Shown here piece by piece: positions 19,086-28,588 of a DNA stretch of 64,000 nucleotides. Each line of letters starts with the position of its first letter. Position 1 is the first letter of the stretch. The notes below the pieces were generated by a model. The model made no database searches, had not been told where the DNA came from, and was given only the letters and a program-made list of their open reading frames with translations. Source of the DNA: a virus (Duplodnaviria; Caudoviricetes); the IMG/VR virus record IMGVR_UViG_3300028805_000046, positions 1 through 64,000 of that record. One strand, written 5' to 3'. The position numbers and the translations under genes were made by a program.

Positions 19086-19583
19086 ATGGATAAGAAATAC
19101 ACATTTGTTTTAGACTGCGACGGAGTGTTTACCGACGGTACATTCCACTATAATTCTGAAGGAAAATGCGAGAAGGTTTTTGGACCTGATGACGCCGATG
19201 CTCTTAAGTTGATTAAAGATCAAGTGAACATCGTCATCTGCTCGGCGGATCATCGAGGATTTCCAATCACAAAGAAGCGCATAAATGATATGGGTTTTGA
19301 GTTGACATGCGTCAAGTCAAAAGACCGTCTTCAGTGGATTAAAGACAACTGCAAAGGCACAGAGGTTGCTTACATGGGCGACTCTTTCCAAGATGCACCA
19401 ATCTTCCAAGGCGTAGATGTTCCAATCTGCACTGCTGATTCATCTTTCTTGGCAAAAGAGTATGCTGAGTATATCACGCCTTCAAAGGGCGGAAATCGTG
19501 CTGTCGCTGACGCTGTCTTCTATCTTGCTGACCGCTGGTTTGGAATGACTCCAGAACAACTCCTTAAGATGGACGTAAATTAA
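19086..19583 (+). CDS. HAD phosphatase, KdsC-like
   Basis: LDCDGVFTDG, YMGDS.QD, GGNRAVAD. Confidence 0.88.
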   Translation: MDKKYTFVLDCDGVFTDGTFHYNSEGKCEKVFGPDDADALKLIKDQVNIVICSADHRGFPITKKRINDMGFELTCVKSKDRLQWIKDNCKGTEVAYMGDSFQDAPIFQGVDVPICTADSSFLAKEYAEYITPSKGGNRAVADAVFYLADRWFGMTPEQLLKMDVN

Positions 19584-19596
19584 AAAGGAAGGGAAA

Positions 19597-20175
19597 ATGA
19601 ATTATAAAGAGATGAAAGATAAGGTCCTTGCTGAAATGAATGAACAGTTAAGTTCATTTGATGAACGCATTGTGGACCAGTTTGTTGAAGAATTGGCAGC
19701 AAGACGAGGACGAGTAATCGTCGGACATGCTGCTGGAAGAATGGGTTACGGTCTTCGTGCTTTCATCATGAGACTTCGTCATTTGGGTTTTGATTCTTTC
19801 TGGTACACTGACACAACGATTCCACACTTGAATGAAAATGATATGTTCATTTTCTCTTCAGGTTCTGGAAAGACGAAAACTGTCGTCGATGTTGCGGAAA
19901 TTGCGAAGAACAAGACAAAGTGCCGTGTAGTCGCTGTAACTGGCGATGTAGGTTCTCCGCTTGCAAGAATTGCTGATCTTGTTCTTAAATTCAAAGGATG
20001 CAACAACGGATTGAACTCTGAGAACTCTCCAGACAAGATTACTTCAATCCAGCCGATGACGACTTTGAATGAACAGACTATGTTTATTTTCTTTGACTTG
20101 GTCTCGTTGAAATTGATGGAGAGATTGAGTGAAGATAACGGCACAATGTCACACCGTCACAATGTAATTGAGTAG
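19597..20175 (+). CDS. SIS-domain sugar-phosphate isomerase (HxlB/KdsD-like)
   Basis: GRMG...RAFIMRLRHLG, SSGSGKT, SPLARIAD, QPM.TL.EQ, RHNVIE. Confidence 0.88.
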   Translation: MNYKEMKDKVLAEMNEQLSSFDERIVDQFVEELAARRGRVIVGHAAGRMGYGLRAFIMRLRHLGFDSFWYTDTTIPHLNENDMFIFSSGSGKTKTVVDVAEIAKNKTKCRVVAVTGDVGSPLARIADLVLKFKGCNNGLNSENSPDKITSIQPMTTLNEQTMFIFFDLVSLKLMERLSEDNGTMSHRHNVIE

Positions 20176-20180
20176 GTTTT

Positions 20181-20879
20181 ATGAATATAAGTACATCATT
20201 GATTTGTATGAACATGGCTAATGTTGAAAAAGACATTGCCACAATTCTTGAGAAAGCCGGCAATGATAAGCGTTTCCACTGGATGCACGCTGATTTTATG
20301 GACGGACATTTTGTGCCTCGTCTTGGAATTTCGCCTGAGCTTATCAGAGACATTAAGAAGACTTTTCCGCAAATTCACATTGACTCTCACTTGATGATTG
20401 CCGATCCGTACACTTATGTGGACGTTATCGCTCCGTACTCTGATTGGGTCGTCTATCATTTGGAAGCAGTTACAGATCCTGTTCGCACACTTCAGAAGAT
20501 CCGTAAGACATGGCCGAATGTAAAGGTTGGTCTTGCTTTAAACTTGACGACACAGTTTGACCCGGCATTGATTAAGCTCTTTGACGGCGTGATGTTCATG
20601 GGAATCTCTCCTGGAGTTCTTGGGACAAATTCATATCCGGCATTGGTAAAACCTAAGATTGCTCTTTGTCCGAACCAATATCATTACTTTGTTGATGGGT
20701 CGGTAAACTTCGAGACAATCAAGGACTATAACACAATCAATCCGAACGGAACTCTTGTTTGCGGATCTTCAACAATGTTTAAGATTGATGACCAGACTAA
20801 AGGTCTAAATAGAACAGAATTGGTTGAGACAAACATTTGCCGCATTAAAAACGCACTTGGGGTAGAAAAACATGCATAA
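20181..20879 (+). CDS. ribulose/allulose-phosphate 3-epimerase family protein
   Basis: HADFMDGHFVP, DSHLM, HLE, MGISPG, VDGS, VCGSS; N-terminal SLICMN resembles AlsE. Confidence 0.88.
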   Translation: MNISTSLICMNMANVEKDIATILEKAGNDKRFHWMHADFMDGHFVPRLGISPELIRDIKKTFPQIHIDSHLMIADPYTYVDVIAPYSDWVVYHLEAVTDPVRTLQKIRKTWPNVKVGLALNLTTQFDPALIKLFDGVMFMGISPGVLGTNSYPALVKPKIALCPNQYHYFVDGSVNFETIKDYNTINPNGTLVCGSSTMFKIDDQTKGLNRTELVETNICRIKNALGVEKHA

Positions 20880-22551
20880 AACAGTTGTCATTCCAGCTGC
20901 TGGCTTAGGCTCACGCCTTGATGAATTCACGAAGAATTACAACAAGGCTATGTGTACGCTTGGCCCGAAGCCGGTGATTTCATACATCATTGAAAAGTTT
21001 ACGAAAGAAGACGAGATCATTGTCTTGTTAGGATATAAGGGAGATTTGCTTAAACAAGTCATCAAAATTGCTTATCCTGACTGGAACATTAAGTTCGTCA
21101 ATGTTGATAAGTTTGAAGGCGAAGGATCTGGCTTGGGATATTCATTGTCTTGCGCTAAAGATCTTTTGCAGAAACCGTTCTTGTTCTGGTCTAATGACTC
21201 TGTCATTGATGACGACGTAAACAAGTGGGACTATTCGTCAGATTTTATGATCTTGTCTGAATTTCGCCCAGCTTTGGCAGACCAGTATCGTCATGCTTCA
21301 ATCGGAAATGGAAAGGTAAACAGAATCTTGCCAAAGGGAGAATATGATCCTAAGGGCAAGTCAACATTGCCTTACATCGGAATTTCGTTCATTCATGACT
21401 TCAAGACCTTCTGGAATGTATTTGAAACTCAGCGTGATATTTTCATCGCTGCGGGAGAATCTGCTGGCTTGAACGCAATCTTGCCGACAAAGTATTACGT
21501 CACTAAGTCATGGCTTGATACTGGCAATAAGGCAGAACTTATCGCTGCAAAGAAGAAGTATTCCGACTTGATGGAAGAAACCATTCTTGAAAAGCCAGAA
21601 GAAGCAATTTGGTTTTTTGATGATGTTGTTGTGAAATTTCACATAGATCCTAAGTTCATCGCTGGTCGTGTTGAACGCTTCAAGACATTCGTCAATGCTG
21701 ACATGAAGAAGGCAGGCGTTCGTCTTCCAGATCTTTTAGCCTGGGACAAGAACGTTTATTCATATCGTCGTGCTCCTGGACACATTATGTCCAAGAGAGT
21801 GACTCCGACGAATTTTGAACTTTTCTTGACGAATTTCATTGGTAAGATTGAAGAAAAGCATGTATCTTCCGAATATCGTCAGGCGATGGTAAATGACTTC
21901 TATCGTGATAAGACTTTGTCCAGAATTAAGAAGTACTGCGAAACTTATGAAGATCTTGATGAGCCTTGCACAATCAACGGTTATCCTTGCTATCCCGCTA
22001 AGGACATGATTTCTAGCATTAACTGGGACTTGATTGCTGACAAGATCATCGTCACAGACAATTATCATGGAGACTTCCATCTTGAGAACGTTCTTATCAA
22101 TAAGACTTCTGAAGGCAAGGACGAGTACATCATGCTTGACTGGCGTCAGAATTTTGGTAAGACTCAGGACGGCGACATCTACTATGATTTGGCTAAAATG
22201 TGGCATTCTTTAATCGTCAATCATAACTTCGTTAAGGAAGGAAGATTTGAGATTAAGATCAAGAAGGACGGAGAAATTATCATTGATATTAACCGTTCAT
22301 TCATTGATACCGAATGTGAAGAAGCACTTAAGAAATGGTTCTCGCATCCATTCTCTAAGTTTGATTCTGCCTGCAATAGCTCAAGAGTACTTCAATTTGA
22401 TATGTACTTCGCACAGTTCTTGACCGCGCTTATCTTCTTGAACATTGCTGCTTGTCATACTGGAGACTACAGCCGCTTCTTGTTCCATTTGGGTAAGTAC
22501 TTGATGTCAAGATTCTTGGACGAACATCACGAATACATCAAGAAGAACTAA
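20872..22551 (+). CDS. sugar nucleotidyltransferase fused to an APH/choline-kinase-like domain
   Basis: IPAAGLGSRL...NKAM (NTP_transferase), WLDTG; C-terminal HGDFHLENV, LDWR, YYDLAK. Confidence 0.85.
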   Translation: MHKTVVIPAAGLGSRLDEFTKNYNKAMCTLGPKPVISYIIEKFTKEDEIIVLLGYKGDLLKQVIKIAYPDWNIKFVNVDKFEGEGSGLGYSLSCAKDLLQKPFLFWSNDSVIDDDVNKWDYSSDFMILSEFRPALADQYRHASIGNGKVNRILPKGEYDPKGKSTLPYIGISFIHDFKTFWNVFETQRDIFIAAGESAGLNAILPTKYYVTKSWLDTGNKAELIAAKKKYSDLMEETILEKPEEAIWFFDDVVVKFHIDPKFIAGRVERFKTFVNADMKKAGVRLPDLLAWDKNVYSYRRAPGHIMSKRVTPTNFELFLTNFIGKIEEKHVSSEYRQAMVNDFYRDKTLSRIKKYCETYEDLDEPCTINGYPCYPAKDMISSINWDLIADKIIVTDNYHGDFHLENVLINKTSEGKDEYIMLDWRQNFGKTQDGDIYYDLAKMWHSLIVNHNFVKEGRFEIKIKKDGEIIIDINRSFIDTECEEALKKWFSHPFSKFDSACNSSRVLQFDMYFAQFLTALIFLNIAACHTGDYSRFLFHLGKYLMSRFLDEHHEYIKKN

Positions 22552-22564
22552 AATGGAAAGTTTT

Positions 22565-22593
22565 TGGGCAGTTATAAATACTGCCCATTTTTT
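22565..22593 (+). terminator. hairpin terminator with TATAAATA across the loop
   Basis: TGGGCAGT/ACTGCCCA stem + T tract. Confidence 0.65.
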
Positions 22594-22644
22594 ATTAAAT
22601 TTGTATTGAATTTCATATAGCATTAAAGCTGAAAAGGAGATGAA

Positions 22645-25311
22645 ATGAAAGCATATAAGAATGTCTATTACGATAGATGGAATAAAGAAATTTGTGTTCG
22701 TTATGTAGGTGACTCGCATTATACACGCATTCCGTATCAAAAAGACTATTGGGTTAAGGATCCGACTGGTAAGTCAATCGTTAAAGACCAGTTCGGTATT
22801 CCGATGATTAAGAAGCAACTAACTGACAAAGAAATTCTCAAGACATTGAAGCGAAACGGTATTCCCGTTGCAGAATCTGATCTTCGTGAAGAAGTGAAGT
22901 GGATGCATGATACTTACGATAAGGTTGAACTTAAGGCGACTGTTAAAGATTTCAAGATTGGTGTATATGACATTGAATGTCAAGTTCCGGAAGATGGCGG
23001 ATTCCCGAAACCGGAAGAAGCAAAATTTCCGATTAACTTGATTACTGTCATTGACTATAACACAAGGGTTCCGACTACGTTCTCGACTCTTAATATTCAC
23101 GAAGACCAGTACATCAAGAATCTTCATAAACATGATGATGAACTTATCATGCTTCGAGATTTTTGTAAGTGGATGAATCAAGAAAACTTTGATATGATTA
23201 CGGGATGGAACTCCGTTCTGTTTGACATGCCGTACATCATTAACCGAATACGTCGTCTTCGTGCTGAAAGAGGCGTGAAAACTGAATTTGAAAATCTTTT
23301 GTCTCCGTTGGGTAAGAGACCTGAAGCAAAAGATATTTCTGACAAGAAGCAAGGAAATGAACTTGGTTCTTCTTATGAAATTCCTGGGTTGATTCATCAC
23401 GACTACATGGAACTTTATAAGACTTTCGCTAAACATGACCCGCTTCCATCATATTCACTTGGGTATGTTTCAAACATTGAACTTGGAACCGGAAAACTCG
23501 AATATGAAGGAACTATCAACACCATTTGGCAGACTAACCCACAGCAGTTCGGTGACTATAACGTAGTTGATAATGTCCGAATCGTTGAAGTTGAAGACAA
23601 GAAACAGATCTTCCCGCTCATCATCGAGTATATGTTTGACTGTCTTGTAACTCTTGACAAAGTCTACAACAAAGTACCGACTACTGAAGGATATTTCATG
23701 CGTTACATGCATAATGAAAATGTCGTTATGCGTGACAAGCCAGATCATCACGAAGACTGGTGGCACATTGAAGGCTGCTATAAAGTCAAAAGAAATGATG
23801 GTTCAACTTACTATCAAAACTGCGAATGGGAAAAAGAAGAATATGACTTTGAAGACTTCCATGTGAAGGCAGGTTACTGTTATGACTTCCCTGGGCGATA
23901 TGATGACTGTATGTCGTTTGACATTACGTCATCTTATCCGCATCATATCATGCAGTTCAATATCTCGCCGGAAGTTCTTGTCAAACATCCGTCTGCAGAA
24001 GATGTTGCAAGTGGTCGAGTAATTCTCACAGATGTCAATGATGTGGGATTCTTGAGAACTGACAATGCGATCTTGCCGACTGTTGTTAAGAAGGTGTTTG
24101 ATGAAAGAGCTCAGTATAAGAAACTGGCAAAGGAAGCAGAAGCACGCGGAGATAAGGCGATGGCGTCTGTCTATGATAATAGACAAGGCGTAAAGAAGAT
24201 CATTATTAACTCAATGTATGGCGTCTGTCTTGCACCGGGCTTCCACATGTATTCTATTGACTGTGCTAGAGCAATTACCCGCTGCGCTCGTGTAACTCTC
24301 CGTGACTGGCTCAAGAGATATGTTGAAAAGTACTACGTCTCACAGGCACTTTTGTCTGATGTCCAGAAATACTGGGGAATAACATTGAAGAATCCAAACC
24401 CGCTTACTGTAAAGAACCGTGAAGGTGTCGTTATCCACAGTGATACTGACTCTAACTATCTTTGCATTCATGAGCTTAAGGTTCGTTTGAAACAAGAAGG
24501 TATCAAGATTGATACTGAAGAAGAGCATCGTCAATTCTATGCTACTGCTGAAAAGATGTTCGCTGACTTCTTCGTTAAAGTTCTTGAACGCCGTGCTGCT
24601 GCGTCAAAGACAACTAATAAGATTAAGTATAACAGAGAAAACATCTTCTTGAATATGTTCTGCTTTGCTAAGAAGCTTTACATCGGAAATGTTATTGACG
24701 CTGAAGGACATATCTATCCGTTTAGCAAGCCTAAGCACAAAATCATGGGTGTTGGAATTAAGAGATCTGATATGCCTGACTTCTGTAAGGAAGCAGCTGA
24801 AAAGTTGGCATTTGACATCTGTTCAGGTCAGGGATATGAAGAATCTAAACAGTTCATTCTTGATGTGTATGACAGATTTAAGGCTGCATCTCCAAATGAA
24901 GTTGCTGCTAACAAGTCAATTTCTGAATACACCAAGTATGTAACTAAGCCGATGTCAGAGTACTTGATAAACGGACTTCACTTTGACAAAGGACAAGTCT
25001 TTAATGCTAAATGCGCATTGGCTTACAACTACATTCTCGCTAAGCATAAACTTCCGTACTTGCCAATTATGAACGGAAATAAGTTCCACTACGTCTTTGT
25101 AAAGTCTGCCAAGTATAGACAGATTGATGCGATTGCGTTTGTTGGAAACTGGCCTAAGGAATTTGACAAGTTCTTCGAGGTTGACTATGAGACAATGTTT
25201 ACTAAGACTTTCATTCCGCTGTTTGAAAGCATGTTCAGAGTCTCAAAATGGATTGGCGAGAAGGAAACAATTTCACTTGAATCCGCAGGACTTGAATCGT
25301 TCTTCGGATAA
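22645..25311 (+). CDS. 43: family B DNA polymerase (T4 gp43-like)
   Basis: YDIE exo I, GWNS..FD, SFDITSSYP, KIIINSMYG, SDTDS, KKLY; C-terminal LESFFG clamp-binding motif. Confidence 0.97.
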   Translation: MKAYKNVYYDRWNKEICVRYVGDSHYTRIPYQKDYWVKDPTGKSIVKDQFGIPMIKKQLTDKEILKTLKRNGIPVAESDLREEVKWMHDTYDKVELKATVKDFKIGVYDIECQVPEDGGFPKPEEAKFPINLITVIDYNTRVPTTFSTLNIHEDQYIKNLHKHDDELIMLRDFCKWMNQENFDMITGWNSVLFDMPYIINRIRRLRAERGVKTEFENLLSPLGKRPEAKDISDKKQGNELGSSYEIPGLIHHDYMELYKTFAKHDPLPSYSLGYVSNIELGTGKLEYEGTINTIWQTNPQQFGDYNVVDNVRIVEVEDKKQIFPLIIEYMFDCLVTLDKVYNKVPTTEGYFMRYMHNENVVMRDKPDHHEDWWHIEGCYKVKRNDGSTYYQNCEWEKEEYDFEDFHVKAGYCYDFPGRYDDCMSFDITSSYPHHIMQFNISPEVLVKHPSAEDVASGRVILTDVNDVGFLRTDNAILPTVVKKVFDERAQYKKLAKEAEARGDKAMASVYDNRQGVKKIIINSMYGVCLAPGFHMYSIDCARAITRCARVTLRDWLKRYVEKYYVSQALLSDVQKYWGITLKNPNPLTVKNREGVVIHSDTDSNYLCIHELKVRLKQEGIKIDTEEEHRQFYATAEKMFADFFVKVLERRAAASKTTNKIKYNRENIFLNMFCFAKKLYIGNVIDAEGHIYPFSKPKHKIMGVGIKRSDMPDFCKEAAEKLAFDICSGQGYEESKQFILDVYDRFKAASPNEVAANKSISEYTKYVTKPMSEYLINGLHFDKGQVFNAKCALAYNYILAKHKLPYLPIMNGNKFHYVFVKSAKYRQIDAIAFVGNWPKEFDKFFEVDYETMFTKTFIPLFESMFRVSKWIGEKETISLESAGLESFFG

Positions 25312-25327
25312 CACGAGGTAACTTAAC

Positions 25328-25984
25328 ATGGCTAACTTAAAAGCAAAAGAAAAATGTTTTGCTGACTTTAATGAACTTAAGGCTAAATTGCTGGCCCTCA
25401 TTGAGAAAAACGGTGTGGGCCACGTTTCCACTAGTGATTACAAATCACCTTTAAGAAAAGTTTGTGCAAGTATACATGTTTCACTTAACAATGCGTCTTC
25501 AACAACTTATAAAGATCAGAAAGTTTCTAGCATTGATTCTTTCAACTTTATCAACATTGAAGTCGAGAAAGTAAAATCATCTTTTTTACTTAGCATTGCG
25601 ATTGATGATCTTAGTTTCGGGTTTGATAATTCTTACTATTCTGATTCCGAGAAACTGAACATGCGCATTTGTACACCAGCAAGAAGAAACTTAGCTACTG
25701 ATAAGAGCATCAGCCTTAACATTACTTACTTTGATGAAAACACAACTTATAATAAAGAAAAAGTCTTTGCTTTTCTCGAAGAACTGTTTATGAAAATCAA
25801 GATCTACTTTGAGGCATTTGCGATGTTTCAAGGAGAATTTGACACTTTCAAGAAAGCAAAGATAGAGATTGAAACAGAATATCAGCATAAGCTAAGCGAC
25901 TTAAGATATAAATTAGATGCAGAGAAAATAAAAATCTTAAAAGCTATGGACATTGCTTTAGCTGCCGCACTTTACTCAAAATAA
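25328..25984 (+). CDS. hypothetical protein, C-terminal tag family
   Basis: Ends DIALAAALYSK*. Confidence 0.65.
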   Translation: MANLKAKEKCFADFNELKAKLLALIEKNGVGHVSTSDYKSPLRKVCASIHVSLNNASSTTYKDQKVSSIDSFNFINIEVEKVKSSFLLSIAIDDLSFGFDNSYYSDSEKLNMRICTPARRNLATDKSISLNITYFDENTTYNKEKVFAFLEELFMKIKIYFEAFAMFQGEFDTFKKAKIEIETEYQHKLSDLRYKLDAEKIKILKAMDIALAAALYSK

Positions 25985-25993
25985 GGAGAAAAC

Positions 25994-26272
25994 ATGGTAA
26001 CATTAAACATTGACACAAAGAGCCTTAACTTGCAGATCGTTGACGACAGCGAATGCACTCCAGGCGCTTCAAGACAGATTACTGAATTTAGACACTATAT
26101 GTTCCGTTTGATGCAGGCAAGACTTTCAGAAATCAAAAAGACTGACACTGTCGAGTCAAAGATTAAGAAACTTACTGACATTGTAAATATTCCAAACAAT
26201 TTCTTTCAGGCAGTAAGGCATTCAGTCGCCGACGGAAATATGAAAATTGAATACGAATACAAAGGAGAATAA
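25994..26272 (+). CDS. hypothetical protein
   Basis: AAGGAG RBS. Confidence 0.65.
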   Translation: MVTLNIDTKSLNLQIVDDSECTPGASRQITEFRHYMFRLMQARLSEIKKTDTVESKIKKLTDIVNIPNNFFQAVRHSVADGNMKIEYEYKGE

Positions 26273-26273
26273 A

Positions 26274-26480
26274 ATGAAGGTAATTCTAATTGGAAATGCC
26301 CAGACACATCCAGAAGTAGTTGGTCTTCTTAATGAAGACATGCTTCTTAACCCAGCAGTCGCTAATCAGACTCTCAACTTCCACAAGATGAAGATTGAAC
26401 GCATTGAGACTGCTGCAAATGGTGAAAAGGTTGTGTACATCAAAGAAAACGACGAAAGCGCTAAGCTTCTCAATGGCTAG
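26274..26480 (+). CDS. hypothetical protein
   Basis: Start at 26274 after AAGGAG. Confidence 0.6.
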   Translation: MKVILIGNAQTHPEVVGLLNEDMLLNPAVANQTLNFHKMKIERIETAANGEKVVYIKENDESAKLLNG

Positions 26481-26488
26481 GAGGAAAC

Positions 26489-26947
26489 ATGGCTGATATT
26501 CTTTTTGACTCTAAGATGACTTCTTTCAAGTTTGATGTAAAGAAGGAAAATCTTTTGACTACTTTCACACTTCAAGTAACTGAAGAAACATCAGTTAGAA
26601 GTTTCGTAAAGCAGTTCAAGTATCCTGTCCTTGATGTCTTTGCATCAACTGCAAACGGAGATATCTTTGACAAGATCAGCATTCCTTGTTCTGACTATCT
26701 TGTTAAGTACAAGATGAATCTTGGCGACCTTGAATTTGAGGTTAAGCTAGAAAACATCTCTGCTACTATCAGACACACTAAGGATGGTACTCCTTACACA
26801 ATCTATACATTGAAACTTGTGAAGGAACTTGACAAGAACATTGACATGAAACTTTCAACTTTCTTGAAGGTTAAGGTCGTTGACCCAGAAACTGGAAAGA
26901 AAACAGACAAGTACTTTAATACTGAAATGACTGTCATTGACGAATAA
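26489..26947 (+). CDS. hypothetical protein
   Basis: AGGAGG RBS. Confidence 0.7.
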   Translation: MADILFDSKMTSFKFDVKKENLLTTFTLQVTEETSVRSFVKQFKYPVLDVFASTANGDIFDKISIPCSDYLVKYKMNLGDLEFEVKLENISATIRHTKDGTPYTIYTLKLVKELDKNIDMKLSTFLKVKVVDPETGKKTDKYFNTEMTVIDE

Positions 26948-26971
26948 GTCACTGTCTGCATTTATTTTATT

Positions 26972-27040
26972 TGCCACGGAAAAAATTTCCGTGGCTTTTC
27001 TTATTTTGGTATTTACATTTTCGTCAAAAGTTATTATTTT
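26972..27040 (+). promoter_or_regulatory. terminator hairpin then promoter TTTACA-N17-TATTTT
   Basis: GCCACGGAAA/TTTCCGTGGC stem; -35 at 27012, -10 at 27035. Confidence 0.65.
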
Positions 27041-27210
27041 GATTTTAGACAGTAATCAACTTCAAAAACCGGCCTTTATTCGGCAAAATCTTAAAATTAC
27101 TATCATAAATTTCATCAAAAAACGTCATTTTATTACACATTTTGACGAAAATCGTCTGAGATTCTTACGAAAATAGCCGGAACGGATAATTAATCAGAAA
27201 TGAGGAAATT

Positions 27211-27753
27211 ATGAACTTTAATCAGTTAAAGAACTTAACGACCGCTATGTATAAATTCACAACAGTGGTCTTTGAAAAGTCTAAATTAGTAAGCACTTCG
27301 CTTGAGGCGCATGTCGCCGACTACAATTTTCCAAAAGGCACTGCTAACAGTCTTGACTTGGAAGTCCAATTCTATAAGTCTTTGCTTATGAGACGAGCGT
27401 CTTTGAAGATTTCAGTAAGTAATGATTATAGTAGCGGCGACGAACCACAGGTCAAGCTGACATGGGATCGTTTTCCTTCATTCTGCTTTTCTGAAGATGC
27501 TGAAAAGAAAGACAAGCTTCTTTACATTGAGTCTGCGGTCAAAGCACTTGCTATGAATAATTATGACCTGCTTTACACAAAGACTACATACTCAGAATAT
27601 TTTAGCGTAGAAGACGGCTTAGAAAAAGTCATTACGTCTATTAATGACAAGCTTTCGTTAATTGAAGATTTTGAAAGCATTTACCAAAGTAAAATTAAAA
27701 CAATGATACAGCAAATGAATGTTGAGTTTGCTGCTAAACAATTCCAAAAATAA
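27211..27753 (+). CDS. hypothetical protein, C-terminal tag family
   Basis: Ends NVEFAAKQFQK*. Confidence 0.65.
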   Translation: MNFNQLKNLTTAMYKFTTVVFEKSKLVSTSLEAHVADYNFPKGTANSLDLEVQFYKSLLMRRASLKISVSNDYSSGDEPQVKLTWDRFPSFCFSEDAEKKDKLLYIESAVKALAMNNYDLLYTKTTYSEYFSVEDGLEKVITSINDKLSLIEDFESIYQSKIKTMIQQMNVEFAAKQFQK

Positions 27754-27766
27754 ATAAGGAGTAAAC

Positions 27767-28030
27767 ATGAAATCAAATGACCAGAAATTTCAAGAACTTG
27801 TAGATGAACACGTTCATACTGAAGGCTTTAGGGCAAAGACTGAACAGTGCTTAATGAGCCTTGGCGGTTTCGGCTCTTGGGTAGTGCTTTGGCTTGGACT
27901 TTGCTTTTTCCTTCTTGCACCGTGGCCGCTCGGATTCATTATTGGATTTGTGCCTATCATTGCCGCTTCCTGGGTCGTTGATGAATGGGTTGAAATGAAG
28001 AAAAAGTTGAAAGAGGAGAAAGATGAGTAG
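27767..28030 (+). CDS. two-TM membrane protein
   Basis: Hydrophobic hairpin. Confidence 0.6.
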   Translation: MKSNDQKFQELVDEHVHTEGFRAKTEQCLMSLGGFGSWVVLWLGLCFFLLAPWPLGFIIGFVPIIAASWVVDEWVEMKKKLKEEKDE

Positions 28031-28205
28031 ATCTGATATTAAGAGCAAACTTTTGGACAGACTCGAAGACGGACGATTGCTTTGGGAAGATGTCGCCCGT
28101 GAATGTATTGCAGAAATGTCAACTGATGAAGTTGAAGAAATGTGCGATACATGCGAGTATCTTGCGGACGAAGACGAAGGAGAAACAGAAGACTATGACA
28201 GTTGA
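28023..28205 (+). CDS. small acidic hypothetical protein
   Basis: Coupled ORF. Confidence 0.6.
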   Translation: MSRSDIKSKLLDRLEDGRLLWEDVARECIAEMSTDEVEEMCDTCEYLADEDEGETEDYDS

Positions 28206-28386
28206 GCAGTTGATAGAGCATCTTAAGACGCTTGAACCAACTGCAACTGTTCAGTATAAGTCAACTGTCATCTCGACTGACTCTGCTGGATTTATGAAAG
28301 CGCAGCCCGCTTGGGTGGAACTAAATGAAAAGAATGTCTTCAAGACAAGATTTGGTGGAAACGTAATTTTTATTGGAGACAACTGA
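28195..28386 (+). CDS. hypothetical protein
   Basis: MTVEQLIEHL start reassigned to 28195. Confidence 0.6.
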   Translation: MTVEQLIEHLKTLEPTATVQYKSTVISTDSAGFMKAQPAWVELNEKNVFKTRFGGNVIFIGDN

Positions 28387-28402
28387 TGGACACTGATTCG
28401 TA

Positions 28403-28588
28403 ATGAATAAGACAGTCATTAAAAGAATAAATGGCTACTTAACTGGAGCCAAATCTTGGAGTGCTGAAAGGCTCACGGACATTGAAAACCGTGAGTCTTT
28501 ACTTATTAACACAAAAGCAGACGCTGATTTTGTCCGTGCTAGACATCATGCAGAAATTATTTCTGCTGCAAGGAAATGGGAAGAATGA
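28403..28588 (+). CDS. tag-family protein carrying an NrdD glycyl-radical-loop fragment
   Basis: KRINGYLTGAKSWSAERLTDIENR; ends EIISAARKWEE*. Confidence 0.65.
   Translation: MNKTVIKRINGYLTGAKSWSAERLTDIENRESLLINTKADADFVRARHHAEIISAARKWEE

Noticed and set aside
26937-27176. 79-aa ORF
   Set aside because: Spans a terminator and promoter, has no RBS and a low-complexity translation; treated as intergenic.
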